Below, piece after piece: positions 1 through 13,194 of a DNA stretch of 64,000 bases. This DNA comes from Chrysomallon squamiferum. Its lineage: Eukaryota; Animalia; Mollusca. The position numbers were made by a program, and so were the translations under genes. The stretch lies in the NCBI GenBank assembly GCA_012295275.1, contig CM022676.1, positions 2,356,001 through 2,420,000 on the forward strand. Direction: 5' to 3'. Each line of letters starts with the position of its first letter. Position 1 is the stretch's first letter. The notes beneath the pieces are model-generated. The model ran no database searches. It was not told the origin of the DNA and saw nothing but the letters and a program-made list of their open reading frames with translations.

Positions 1-277
1 CTGAACATTCGTGTGTTGTCATTGAGAGAAACAGTGTGTGTTAAAACAGACCTTCCTAGGTTCTTACACCCAGATAGTCTAGGTGGGTCATCTTTGATTC
101 TCTCTGTGTATGGATACGACAACCACATCATGTCAGCAGCGTACTTCCACTGCCACGACCAGGACTGTGCTGGGTTACCAACATTTCCATTACACCTGAA
201 CTCTACCGTTTCGTTGACAACATAGGGGCTGAACTCCTTTCTTGGTGTCACGATCATTTCAATATCATCTGGCTTTG
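1..277 (-). CDS. C2/I-like Ig exon, runs off the window start
   Basis: Acceptor tttcag at 278-283, phase 1. Open frame [45 protein letters not shown]...DNTRMFR, paralogous to 53351-53683. Confidence 0.85.
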
Positions 278-517
278 CTGAAACAGATAAATACACGAAA
301 TAAATAAACACTGCGTTTTTCTGTAATTTAGTTCAATTATAAACGTTAATTGTATACATATACACACATATATATAGATAGATATAGATATAGATAGATA
401 GATGAATTTTGAATTAAATACATCTATACTTTTTTCGACTAATTTTGAAAAGTAATTGTTTGTGTTGAACATTTTCTTTCTCGGTTATTGACTCAGATAT
501 TTTTACACAAGTACAAA

Positions 518-684
518 AGAAGCTATCGTAACATCGGTACTGGGATTGCTGAGAAGTTTTCTTCTCACTGATACAGAATTAAGTACATCAACGTAACTGA
601 TGATGTTACCAAGACTACATCTGACTGTCACAGGAACTTCTTCATCAACAAGACTTGGCCTGATTGTGAGTTGTGCGGCTTCAC
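518..684 (-). pseudogene. 3'-truncated V-type Ig exon
   Basis: Acceptor ttacag, then EAAQLTIRPSLVDEEVPVTVRCSLGNIISYVDVLNSVSVRRKLLSNPSTDVTIAS. At ~518 it is fused directly to V-C intron sequence, so the second Cys and the donor are deleted. Confidence 0.85.
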
Positions 685-1471
685 CTGTAAGTAAACATGT
701 ACAAAGAAATAACTCAAAAATGTAGTAAACGTTTCCATTGTCAATGTTATATATTTCTTAATCTGCATAATACCTTTATCATATAAATCAGAAGAAAACA
801 TTAATTTTAATTTAATGAATTTAATAATTTTAAAAATTAAGAATTAACATGGGAAAATTTAGAAATATACTTCCTGGTTTGATGAGCATTTCTGTAATAT
901 AAAAACACAAAAAGTGTTTAGAAATAAACGATTATGAAAAATATTTTACTTACTGAGGTAAATGTTAAAATATTTATGTTGTAATAGACATTACTGTAAA
1001 CGATCAATACACTACACAAATATAAATCCGTCATTTGACAATTATCTTTACCTGATGAATAACACAGCAAAAATTAGAGTGATTTGTATGATATTATTTA
1101 TACGTCAGCATTAACTGAAATCTAATTCTGTATGATCTACTGTCCTGGTACGTTCGAGTTACATTTTAAACTGAAATGAGTCAGTATTAACATTGTTTAT
1201 ACATAAACAAGACGGTACTTTTCATTTATAAAAAAGAAACATGAGATTTAGAAATAAAATAATTATTACTTTTATATTGATACAGCATACAAACAAACAG
1301 GAAAACAGAAACACATGCAGAAGTGCATAGATGACGTGAAACCTGCATACTGCAGAAAGATGCTTAGCTGCAGTGATTAACAGAAAAATGGAAAGAAAGT
1401 AACACAATAGACTTGAGTGCAGTGCTAATACACTGACTGTTCATAGTTTGTGTTTCAACACATCAAGTAGC

Positions 1472-1488
1472 CTATTCGTGTTGGGTGA
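1472..1488 (-). CDS. Putative terminal (secretory) exon, ITQHE-stop
   Basis: tttattatctttcag acceptor ~245 nt after the C exon donor. Phase-1 reading gives (A)TC ACC CAA CAC GAA TAG. An identical copy lies at 36802-36818. Confidence 0.5.
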
Positions 1489-1732
1489 CTGAAAGATAAT
1501 AAATCATTATTTACGTAATCCAATAAGCTGGCATCTACAAGAAATGACAAAACATGGAGATTAGCAAATTAAAACATGACATAACATCAACATGATGGCT
1601 GTCATTTTCTTCCGTTAAATCATTTCAATTCAGTTGCCTTCTTAAAACAGTGTTGTTATACGTTAAATATAACAAATGTTAGTTCATACAGCAATGATTT
1701 TAATTCTAAAACCAATTATATTGAAATCTTAC

Positions 1733-2064
1733 TTTGAGTGTTGATGGTAAAGTTTACAGAATACAGCTCGTTGTTACCCACAATGCATCTAAACATTCGT
1801 CTCTTCTCACTGAGAGATACAGTGTGTGTTAAAACAGAACTTCCTCTGTTCTTACACCCAGATAGTCTAGGTGGGTCATCTTTGATTCTCTCTGTGTATG
1901 GATACGACATCCACATTATGTCAGCAGCGTACTTCCACTGCCACGACCAGGACTGTGCTGGGTTACCAACATTTCCATTACACCTGAACTCTACAGTTTC
2001 GTTGACAACATAGGGGCTGAACTCCTTTTTGGTGTCACGATCATTTCAATATCACCTGGCTTTG
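1733..2064 (-). pseudogene. C2/I-like Ig exon with 1-bp frameshift
   Basis: Canonical AG/GTAAG ends but 332 nt versus 333 in intact copies. cctttttgg at ~2024-2032 replaces cctttcttgg. Confidence 0.8.
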
Positions 2065-2135
2065 CTGAAACAGATAAATACACGAAATAAATAAAAACTG
2101 CGTTTTTCTGTAATTTAGTTCAATTCTAAACGTTA

Positions 2136-2249
<114 letters not shown>

Positions 2250-2656
2250 CATACATACATACATGTAGATAGATATAGATACAGATAGATAGATAGATGA
2301 ATTTTGAATTAAATACATCTATACTTTTTTCCACTAATTTTGAAAAGTAATTGTTTGTGTTGAACATTTTCTTTCTCGGTTATTGACTCAGATATTTTTA
2401 CACAAGTACAAATAGGAGACATAAAAAACATGAACTTTTCACTTTATCTGAAATTACATCTTCACTTACTTTCTCTAGTAATGTTCTATAATCAGTAATA
2501 AAAGAAGTGAATTCACCCAAATACGTCAACAACTAATATTATATAAAACCAAGTTTTAACTTTCTTTCGTTGGTAATGTTACATAATCAACAACACAAGA
2601 AATGAAATTCTCTAAATGCAAGACAACTCATAAAAATAAATTATGTTTTTACTTAC

Positions 2657-3058
2657 TTAGAATGATGATGTTAACAGAACTTTGAGACGTATCTGGACTA
2701 CCAGCAAGCGTGTTATAACCAATTGCGCAGAAATATTCTCCTGAATCACTGCAAGTCATTCCTGTCATTTGAATCTGGACAAAAGATCCTGATTTGTCAT
2801 TGTTGTCAGACTTTCCTGTCACTGTCGCTCTAGATCGAAAGTTGTTTACATCTTTTAAAACAGCTTTACCTCCATTCTTTAGTGTAATAGCAGAAGCTAT
2901 CATAACACTAGTACTGGGATTGCTGAGAAGTCTTCTGCTCACTGATACAGAATTAAGTACATCAACGTGACTGATAATGTTACCAAGACTACATCTGACT
3001 GTGACAGGAACTTCTTCATAAACAGGACGTGGGCTGATTGTGAGTTGTGCGGCTTCAC
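2657..3058 (-). CDS. V-type Ig domain exon (unit A)
   Basis: 402 nt, ttacag acceptor and gtaagt donor, phase 1-1, no stops. B-strand VTVRCS and F-strand DSGEYFC (DxGxYxC tyrosine corner). Confidence 0.9.
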
Positions 3059-4117
3059 CTGTAAGTAAACATGAACAAAGAAATAACTCAAAAATGTAGT
3101 AAACGTTTCCATTGTCAATGTTATATATTTCTTAATCTGCATAATACCTTTATCATATAAATCAGAAGAAAAAAATAATTTTAATTTAATCAGTTTGCTT
3201 CCATATTTCAAGTAATTCATCACATATTGTAGCGAAATTGATGAATTTTTTTATGCAAAATTCATAGAATAAAAGATTAGTAATGTATTTAAATAAATTT
3301 AAAGCACTAAGTTTGAAATAAAAAAATGAAACAATAATATCCTGAAGAGATTATTTAAAATGGAAAAGATTAATAAGAGAATAAAAACATTTTTCAAAAT
3401 AAAATGTAAATAAAAACATAGTATTTAAGATGAAAGTATAATTGACGGGAGTAATATGATTATATTTTCAAACACACGGATACACTCAGATAGAGAGCAG
3501 GACAGACAGACAGGCAGAGAGAGCGAGAGACACAGCCATACACACAATACACATAGATTTCATATATATATCAAAAATAAATGACATAATGTAACGGTCT
3601 GAATGTAGGTATAAATATACTGCAATATCAGTCAGATAACATCGCATGTACCTAAACCAGCTATATTTTGATAAAGATAATCAGCTACAAATATAAAAAA
3701 ACCACTCCAGAAATATGACTATATGACAGCCAACCCTCCACTTATCCAAACTAAAAACCACTTGTAAAACCTGTTTATAAAATACTTCCTGGTCTCATTA
3801 AAGTGTCGGTGACATACAATAGTAATACAAAAGTAAAAATCAATGTTAAACTGGTAAACAAAATATACAGAGACACACCCAGACACTCAAACGGACACAC
3901 ACACACAAACACACAACGCACACACACACACACACATACGTGTATATGATATACATTATATGTACTTTACATACAATCAGTTAGATAAAATAGAATGATA
4001 AATAAAATTAATTTGTTAAACGCACTAATAAAAAAAAAAACTTCCTGTATTTCTCGATAGATCAAAACTGAAGACTTGTATTTAGAGATAAAGAAAAAGA
4101 AATTAAGTAAAACTCAC

Positions 4118-4172
4118 CAGTTGAAGTCAGTGTTAAACTTGTTAACAAAATAACAGTTATTACTGTGGTCAT
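4118..4172 (-). CDS. Signal-peptide leader exon (inner, unit A)
   Basis: ATG, MTTVITVILLTSLTLTST+G, 55 nt, gtgagt donor. Phase 1 matches the V exon. Confidence 0.85.
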
Positions 4173-5590
4173 GGTTAAACAATCTAAGAACAACGTAAAT
4201 GAAGAAGTGTAACAGCGAGCTACTCCCTAGTTACTTTCTACAGGTTCTAAATTATGGGTGACGTGACCAGTGAGATAAAGAAACTATACCCTGTGTGACT
4301 GTTGTCTACCCTCTTCTACCGAACATTTCACAAATAAAATCGGCGCTTAATCGTGATCTAGTTTTAATTGTGCGGACATTCTGACATACTTGTTACACAC
4401 ACAACACGAGATGAATTTGTCTTATTTTAAACAGAGGTCGCTAGTAAAACTCTGGATGAAAGGAGGTACAAAGAACATGAAAATGAAAGAGAGAAGAGAA
4501 CCAAGCTAAGGACAGCAGAAAGCTAAAGCAAGAAGAAACAGAAAAGAGATTATTTTTATATGTATAATTCATTAATGTTTTAAAAATATTATAACTAATA
4601 ACTGTTGTCCACTGTTAAACAATTTCAAATCTCAACATAAATATCAGCGTCCTATCCCCAGTTCAAATTTCACATTAAAACACACATTCCAAAAAAAAAA
4701 ACATGACACGGAATTTTGCTAGTTTGTTTTTTAAAAAAGCAAACAAGAATTGAAAATCTTTAAAATGATGATCATAATATGATCAATATTTTAAAAAATC
4801 TTCAGAGTAACGTTATGTTAATTCAATTTAAAACAAGTTTTAATGGTAAGGTGAGGATATTTTGTTGAATTAAAATTAAATTTAATATTTCTTAAATGGT
4901 AGAGATTTAAGTTTTCCAGCTGAATAAGAAAAACATAGTTAATGTAAAGATGCACCAATTAAATCACTAAGAAGAATAATTAAAAACTAAAAATATCAAT
5001 AAAAATTAATGAATTAATGAAACGGAACAGAATCTATGTAAAATAATACATTAAATAAAAAGCACACATAAAAGAACGATCAGAGCGTCTCATCAGTAAG
5101 GGAAATAAAAAAAGCTTTTATAACTTTATCTTTCTTTCTTTCTTACTTTCTTTCTTTCTTTCTTTCTTTGTATTTTAACTTGAATAGGACGTGGGCTGAT
5201 TGTCACCTGTAAATAAACATGTTTAAACAAATTACTTAAAAATCTAATAAACATGCTTTTCATCATCATTATTTATTTTTTAAACATATTCATTAATTAA
5301 CAATTCATTATCCGACTAGGAAATAATTAAAATTGTCCACGTTATCTTACTCATTACGGTTCATACATCAAATATTTCTGACCTTAAGGTGATGTAAAGA
5401 AAGAATTTTTGACGTAGGATTCAGAGAAAACAAAATCAGTAATATGCCTCAACAAATGTATAGACGAGACCGCACGTATATTACATAGTAACAATTAGAT
5501 AAAAGAGAATGATAAGTAAAAGTGAGCTGTTACATTTGTTTATGAAACACTTCCTGGATTCCGATAGAGATCAAAACTCAATCCTAGATT

Positions 5591-5640
5591 TTGAAGTCAA
5601 TGTCAAACTTGTTGATAAAATAACAGATTATTGTGGACAT
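5591..5640 (-). pseudogene. Degenerate leader exon copy
   Basis: atgtccacaataatctgttattttatcaacaagtttgacattgacttcaa: 2-nt deletion and no donor. Similar remnants at ~44035, ~55210, ~57065 and ~62415. Confidence 0.65.
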
Positions 5641-5713
5641 GTTTACACATACATTTCAAATCTAAACTATATATATATATATACACATATATATTACACA
5701 TTGCGTCATATAG

Positions 5714-5714
<1 letters not shown>

Positions 5715-5801
<87 letters not shown>

Positions 5802-5876
5802 GCAGACATTCCCTGTTTACACATACATTTTAAATCTAAACTATATATATATATTACACTTTGCGTCATAGTTTCA

Positions 5877-5957
<81 letters not shown>
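5715..5957. repeat. Two (CT)n microsatellites in a local tandem duplication
   Basis: CT runs at ~5715-5799 and ~5881-5957, each preceded by a copy of tgtttacacatacattt..aatctaaactatata. Confidence 0.9.
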
Positions 5958-5961
<4 letters not shown>

Positions 5962-6492
5962 ACACACACACTATCTGTTTATACATACATTACAGATGTA
6001 TACATGCAATGCACATCATAGAGATAACATCGCATGTATATTACACAGATCTATTTTGATAAAGACACTCATCTATAAAAATATAGCAACAACGCCAGAA
6101 CTATAAATATAAGACCACCCAACAGTGAACTGACAAATTAAAATCACTGGTAAAACCTCTTTATATAATACTTCCTGGTCTAGTCGACACACACACACAC
6201 ACAGACACATACACACACATACACACACACACACACATGAATATATATTGCGACATCAGTCAGATAACATCGCATGTACATTACACAGATACATTCCGAT
6301 AAAAATACTCAGCTAAAATGACATCACAAACATCGCGAACTATAAATATAAGACACCCAACACTAACAGATAAAAAAGAAATCAGTTCAAAAACCTATTT
6401 ATAAAATACTTCATCGTCTCATCGACATGCCTGTGAACCACAAGTGTTATAGTTATTTAGAAATAAACAAAAACAAATAAAGTAAAACTCAC

Positions 6493-6547
6493 CAGTTGAA
6501 GTTAATGTTAAACTTGTTAATAAAATAACAGTGATTACTGTGGACAT
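6493..6547 (-). CDS. Signal-peptide leader exon (outer, unit A)
   Basis: MSTVITVILLTSLTLTST+G, 55 nt, gtgagt donor. Confidence 0.8.
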
Positions 6548-6631
6548 GGTTAAACAATCTAAGAACAACGGAGAAGAAGACGTGTAACAGCGACCTAGAT
6601 CCTAGTTGCTTTGTACAGGATGTAAATTGCG

Positions 6632-6643
6632 GGTCATGTGACC
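6632..6643. promoter_or_regulatory. M-box-type E-box GGTCATGTGACC upstream of the outer leader
   Basis: ~85 nt 5' of the ATG. The same motif is at 39163, 43176 and 63278. Confidence 0.45.
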
Positions 6644-7133
6644 GGTGACATGAAGAAACTATACCCTCTGTGATTGTTGTCTCCCCTAGTCTACTGTAAA
6701 ATCTAAGAAATAAAATCTGCGATTAAAGCACTGACTTAGTTTTTTTAACTGTAAATAATCTTTATAAACTGTTGAATGGTCTGCACATATCGAGACAGTT
6801 GTTGCACACTCAACAGGAGATGTTATTGTTTTATTTTAAATACAAGGCGCTAGTCAAGCACTGGAAGAAAGCAGATACGAAATAACATGAAAATGAAAGA
6901 GAGAATACACAAATGGAAGGGGAGAAGAAAGTATAAGAAAGGAAAAAGAGAAGAAAACAGAATTTAGAACATATAATCTATTTATGCTTTATAAATATTA
7001 TAAATAATTACTTTTGTCCACTGTTAAAGATTTTCCTGTCTAATTATAAATAACTATCTCACAATCCTTTGTAAAACATTTCACATTTAAATAGACTTTA
7101 AGATTAAATTTATTAAATGACAACAACAATGAA

Positions 7134-7166
<33 letters not shown>

Positions 7167-7353
7167 TGTTTTATATTTATAGCTGAGTATCTTTATCAAG
7201 TATCTGTGTCAGGTACATGCGATGTTGTCTGCTTGTCGTTGCAGAATACTGATACACAAATTCAGACGGTTACATTATATAATGTATTTTTGAAGTATAT
7301 CTGAAATCTATTTGTATTGTTTGCATAGCTGTTATCAGTATGTGTGTGTGTGT

Positions 7354-7455
<102 letters not shown>

Positions 7456-7737
7456 TCTCTGTCATCGTTTCCGCTTTAAACAAGAAATTAAAACAAAGTG
7501 ATAAATATTGTTTGAGAAAAAACAAGCAGTAACTAGACTAATACAGATGACACATACACGAATCAATACACATATAAAATGAATATCCTTGTTAATATTA
7601 ATTATAAAATAAAACAATACCCATACAATGTAAAATGCTTGTTAATATTAATTATACTACGAATATAAAATACCAAACAATACATTATATAAAATAAATC
7701 TGCTTGTTAATATTGATTATGTTCGGGTATCTATCAC

Positions 7738-7894
7738 CTGATATGTCTATATTATCAAATATTAGTTCTTGATTTACGTAATTATTCAATTTTCTGATTG
7801 ATATTTGGTTGATCCGTTTACGATTTCGCTTTGTTCACTTGATTCGGGTTCTTTGTTTCTACTCTCAGACCTCCTTCTGTGTCGTTTCATTTAG
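7738..7894 (-). pseudogene. Degenerate cytoplasmic-tail exon (unit B)
   Basis: ttacag acceptor whose phase-2 entry matches the TM exon at 9514. Reads V*MKRHRRRSESRNKEPESSEQSEIVNGSTKYQSE, then after a frameshift LNNYVNQELIFDNIDIS, ending at cag|gtgat. Confidence 0.5.
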
Positions 7895-8053
7895 CTGTAA
7901 TATAACATAATAGTTTATAAGTAACACACTTAATAGACCAGTGAAATATATACTCTGTTTTTTATGTTTCTACCTATGTGTGTAAGTATGTATGAATATA
8001 AGTATTCATATATGTATGTACGTATGTATGTATATATGTATGTATGTATCCAT

Positions 8054-8096
<43 letters not shown>

Positions 8097-8689
8097 GCAT
8101 ATATCTGGGTATACAGTGGTGTGTATACGTACGTATGCATTTACGTCTATGTGGATCTATCGATATATGAAAGATGAGCATAGATGCAAATTTATGCATA
8201 ACGTATATGAGTGGGTACTAGTCAGTGGCGTAGGTGTGTGTTTGTGTGTGTGTGTGTGTTATGGATGTTATAATATGGAAGTTTCCAGCACTATTATTAA
8301 AATCGATACGTTTGATAAAACCGGTATTAACACAATTAGATTTTGGTCAGAGATTCAAGGGTTAGAAAAAGAAAAAATGGAAATACAAAATAAGTATTTC
8401 AAAGTGTTCTATTTGATTGATTAAAATTGTTGTCACGTTGTCCTCCACAGTTAATATAGATATAGGAAATAATTCCAAAAATCAGTAAGAATTTGAAATC
8501 AGGAAACTATATCCTGAATGATAATAACGCGTTTTCAAACAAAAGAAGAACTAAATTCTAAAACAACCAAAAATGTTCAATACATGAAAATAATAATTTT
8601 AGCGAAAAATATATATATATTAGACCTAACTAATGCCAGAGAAGTAACAGACTATTTTATTGAAAAACAAACTCATCAGATGATTTTTC

Positions 8690-9280
8690 ATTTTCAGTTA
8701 ATAAAACAAAGACTGTTCAATGAGTTTTCTGAGGTACAACTCTGCAGCTAAAAATACATTTTCAGATTCTTCACTTGTTAGCTTAATTGAAAGTAATGCA
8801 TTACAGAGCTTGTCTAGATGTTCTGTTCTTTATAAAGATACTTCCAAGGTCTTAAACTCCATGTTGACATCAAAAGTTACAGAAGATTCTTTTCTCAGAG
8901 GAATCGTCTCTAACTGTTCTGTTTCTGGCAAACATTCATCATTTTACGTTTTATATACTTCTATTCTGGTTGAATCTTTATAGCAGCCAGATTCTTATTG
9001 GTTTACACTTTGTTTTTCATGCTGATACAACTGTACACTATTTTCAGAGAAAAACCTTTTAATGTCTGTCTGCAGTTTTGTTGAGTAAATCTTTAGAAGG
9101 AGATGAAAAAAGCTCATGATCCTGATTTTTCAAAGTTCCAGCGTCATGAAGATATTTAAGTAAGCCTACAATCTCTATTTCTCTTCTTGAGGAATAATAA
9201 ATACTCAGGCTTTCTTTCAATGAATTTGCTAGTGGGGGTATTCCTCTGTGAAAGTGTTTTTTTATTCTCATAAACTATAG
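8690..9280 (-). mobile_element. Decayed hAT-family transposase fragment
   Basis: RTEHLDKLCNALLSIKLTSEESENVFLAAE resembles the hAT C-terminal dimerisation motif (LxIPxTSxxSERxFS). Multiple stops upstream. Confidence 0.6.
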
Positions 9281-9513
9281 GATTACTTAAGAGAGAAGAC
9301 TGCAATACAGATATATAGTAACACAATTACAGTGCTCATCCGGATCACTCAGGGGTTTGTTCACAATAGATTAACGTTTGCTGGACGAGAGATTCAAATG
9401 GTGTCGGTTTTCTTAAAGTAGTTGTTTGAAAGGTCGTGAAAAACCAACCAGACAGAGCTCAGTGAAGGAAGATATGTAGGACAGACACACAGACAGAGAG
9501 TAAGTAGACTTAC

Positions 9514-9587
9514 ACGAAGATGACCACGCCGACTACCACGAGTAGCATGAAACAGACTGAGTGAACAGCAGCTACGGCATCTGTGGG
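9514..9587 (-). CDS. Single-pass TM exon (unit B)
   Basis: ttccaag acceptor and gtaagt donor, phase 0-2, PTDAVAAVHSVCFMLLVVVGVVIF. Homologous to 48432-48578. Confidence 0.65.
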
Positions 9588-9873
9588 CTTGGAAATAGCC
9601 GGTACACCTAATTCAATAATACATGATAATGAGGAAAGTCAACATGTTCAACGTATTACACACAATATGTGACTGTAAAAAAAAGATGTACGTTGGAATT
9701 CGTGGCGAAGATTAAAATGTTCAAGTATATTGTAAAAATGATTTAGCTTAATTGCAGAAATATTGTTTTCGTTATGTTATTCTCATGGTATTGTTTAAGT
9801 ACTTTTATTTAATTAAAGTGATAGATAGATTACATAGAAAAAAACACTGATAAATAGACAAAGAAGTATATAG

Positions 9874-9922
<49 letters not shown>

Positions 9923-10493
9923 TTTGACAGATAGATAGATAGACTGATAGATAGATACATGGATGGATGGATGGAGAGACAGACAGACAGACTGAGAGAC
10001 ACACAAAAAGACAGAAGATAAAAGTCTAAATTATAACGAATCTTATGTCATAATCAAATAAATTAAACACTCATGACAATTTCAGTTTCAGTGGTATTTA
10101 TAAATGATTAAGCCAATCTCTTACCTCATCAGCATGAAATAAGACAAATTTAAAATAAAATATTGAAATGTGTATTAATGCATAACAGCAACAGAAAAGC
10201 TATTATTACAAATAGCATCAACACATACGATTAGTGTCAACTGTTATATATTAATTGTTATATGTAAAATATACTAAATGTGCTCACCCGAAACAAAAAT
10301 CAAAGTCTACTTGTTACAAACAAAATTAAACTTACTTTAATGTATCACAATTTGATCGACTCAGTATCTGTTTCACAATATAAATGACGTTTTTCGTTAC
10401 CACAATAAAATAACACGAAATATAAAATATACTAAATGTGCTGACGAGAAACAGAAATCAAAGTGTTGTTGTTACAAACAAAATTAAACGTAC

Positions 10494-10534
10494 CTGAATT
10501 TCAGTGGTAACGTCTACGTCTATGAGTATTGAAA
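10494..10534 (-). CDS. Stalk micro-exon ISILIDVDVTTEIQ (unit B)
   Basis: 41 nt, ttttag acceptor and gtacgt donor. Phase 1-0 bridges the C exon to the TM exon. Paralogs at 41054 and 42042. Confidence 0.6.
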
Positions 10535-10767
10535 CTAAAATCAAGTTTATCAGTTACGTAATCCAATAATACAACAAATGGCAAAACATACAGTTTAACA
10601 AGTTGAAACTGGACATAACAACGTTATAGTCGCCGCTATTTTCTTCCATTAAATCATTTCAATTCATTTTCCTTTTTAAAACAATTTTGTTATACGTTAC
10701 ACATAACAATGGCTTGTTCCATACACCAATGATTTTCATTCTAAAACCAATTAAAATGAAATCTTAC

Positions 10768-11083
10768 TTTGAGTGTTGATGGTAAAGTTTGCAGAATAGA
10801 GCTCGATATTACCCACAATGCATCTGAACATTCGCATTGTTTCACTGAGAGATACAGTGTGATTTAAAACAGAACTTCCTCTGTTCTCACACCCAGATAG
10901 TCTAGGTGGGTCATCTTTGATTCTCTCTGTGTATGGATACGACATCCACGTCATGTCACCAGCGTACTTCCACTGCCACGACCACGACTGTGCTGGGTTA
11001 CCAACATTTCCATTACACCTGAACTCTACAGTTTCACTGACAACATAGGAGTTGAACTATCATTTCAATTTCACCTGGTTTTG
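10768..11083 (-). pseudogene. C2/I-like Ig exon with 17-bp deletion and no upstream V
   Basis: 316 nt, lacks cctttcttggtgtcacg at ~11058. Otherwise homologous, with intact splice sites. Confidence 0.85.
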
Positions 11084-11337
11084 CTGAAACATAAAAACAC
11101 GAAATAAATAAACACTGCGTCTTTCTGTAATTTAGTTCAATTATAAACGTTATATATATATAAAAAACGCGTCATTATATTCATTATCCGACTGTAAATT
11201 AAATCAAATTTTGCATTTTAATTCAGTCATTACGATTTATATTTCAAATATTTCTGAACTTAAGTAATAAAAACAGTAATTTTTTACGTATGATTCAAAG
11301 AAAACAAGATTACTAATACTTTTCAATAAATATTTAC

Positions 11338-11421
11338 CAGAGCGAAAATTGAATCCTGTTAAGTAGTTATCAGGTCTGAACCGATTTCTGTAAGATGACT
11401 GTCGTGTGCATTGCGAATTAT
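11338..11421 (-). pseudogene. C-type lectin domain pseudo-exon 2
   Basis: ctacag acceptor and gtaaat donor. IIRNAHDSHLTEIGSD, frameshift, DNYLTGFNFRSG matches CTL C-x3-(G/D)SHLxEIxSxxENxYL with Cys TGC mutated to CGC. Confidence 0.6.
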
Positions 11422-11463
11422 CTGTAGCAAAGAAACAACATGTTAAACCTAATTAACAAGGTA

Positions 11464-11546
<83 letters not shown>

Positions 11547-11986
11547 CAACAACAACAATAATAATTATGATAAACCATAACACAAGATTTCCAAAGCATT
11601 ACAAAGACAACGTTTTTCTCTTTATGTCTCTGTATCGTTCTTTCTGCTTATCTACTTAATACATATACATACCAATCTGTCTATAGACTGTCTCTCGCTT
11701 TGGCTGTCTATATATCTGTCTTAAACAGTAACCACAAATTATTTATTAATAATACTCACACGTTATTGCTCTATCTCTCACAAGCATAACACACGTTTAC
11801 GCATAAACATAGACGCATGTACATATATAATACATACACTAGAACATATACATAAAGACACATAACAACATATACATAGAAATGCACACTCACATACACA
11901 GAGGAATACATAAAAATACACAAACTCACAGACACAAACATACACGAGACAAACAGACATACAAAGACAGGTGATTTTTAATTTAC

Positions 11987-12078
11987 CTCAGCTTCTGGCC
12001 AAGTCACTCTCAGCCGCATCAGACCGTAACAGGTTTTTCCCAAGCGTGTCCAACATCTAGGTCATCGCCTCTGTTCTG
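11987..12078 (-). pseudogene. C-type lectin domain pseudo-exon 1
   Basis: *PRCWTRLGKTCYGLMRLRVTWPEAE followed by a gtaaat donor. Matches CTL CPxGWxxFxxxCY-x7-TWxEA with the first Cys codon mutated to TGA. Confidence 0.7.
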
Positions 12079-12722
12079 CTTCCAAAAAACCCACACACAC
12101 ATATAAAATTATTACTTGTTTCTATCTACCTACATAAGTTCATACATAACTTCGTACCTACAAACAAACACACACAAACATATACATACATATTCAAGTA
12201 TACAAAACCATTTATTTAGAAATACACACATGCATGCACACAAAATAAAGGCAAACAAGAATACATCCATGTACATAATGCATACAGATAAGCATATATG
12301 CTATACATATTCACATTTATTAATACTCTGTTAGAACATTTTCTAATTTACATATATCCTGAACTGAATATATATATATAAAACGAAAAAAAATAAAAAG
12401 ATACAGCCTGTGTTATTGACATAGTGAATTGACCGAAACGTTATTATTGCATCCAGTCGCCGTATATCTATCTGAAGAACTATCTGTATTTGTGTGTCCA
12501 TGTTTGTGTTTCTATGTGTGTATGTATATCTGTATGTATGTTTGTGTATATCTGTGTTTGTGTGTATGTGTCACCGGAATCTGACGGGTTTGTGAGGTCG
12601 TGATTGGACTTTGTCCTCCTGTGAAAGTGCGCTCTCGAAACCTGTCTATGTCCAGAGACGAATCAGACTTACAGAGAATAGTCAATGAAATTCTAAAATA
12701 TATACATAATATATGTATGTAG

Positions 12723-12791
<69 letters not shown>

Positions 12792-13148
12792 AATAAACCT
12801 GTGTTATTTAACACACTGAATTTATCGAAACATCAATACTGTGTTTAACTGTCAACCTATCTCTGTTTGTGTGGGATTTTTTTACTGTTGTTGCATTTTT
12901 AATTTGCATTTTTTCTTTGTTGTTACCGTCATCATCATCACCAATGCTATTGTAATTATTGGGTTGTTTATTTGTTTTGTTTGCTTTTTTCTTCTTTTGT
13001 TTATTTGTTTGTTGCTTTATAATAATTGTTCCTTGAATTATATAAACATTACTCATAGATTTATTGTAAAAAATAAACTTGAGAGACTGAGTATATTCCA
13101 GCTTGACAGGAATGAGTGCATGTGTGTGTCTGTGATTGTGTGTGTCTA

Positions 13149-13194
<46 letters not shown>

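Noticed and set aside
1222-1407. Hydrophobic ORF MCYFLSIFLL, repeated at 36552 and 47390, as a TM exon
   Set aside because: It starts at a non-ATG codon in a T-rich block after the ITQHE stop and has no fitting splice sites. More likely 3' UTR copied with the duplication.
13-2013. Plus-strand ORFs MLSLRETVCVK and MLMVKFTEYSS
   Set aside because: They are antisense shadows of the minus-strand C exons.
12574-12691. GC-richer block as an upstream lectin exon
   Set aside because: It has AG and GT ends, but the frame compatible with the next exon contains stops and there is no recognisable motif.
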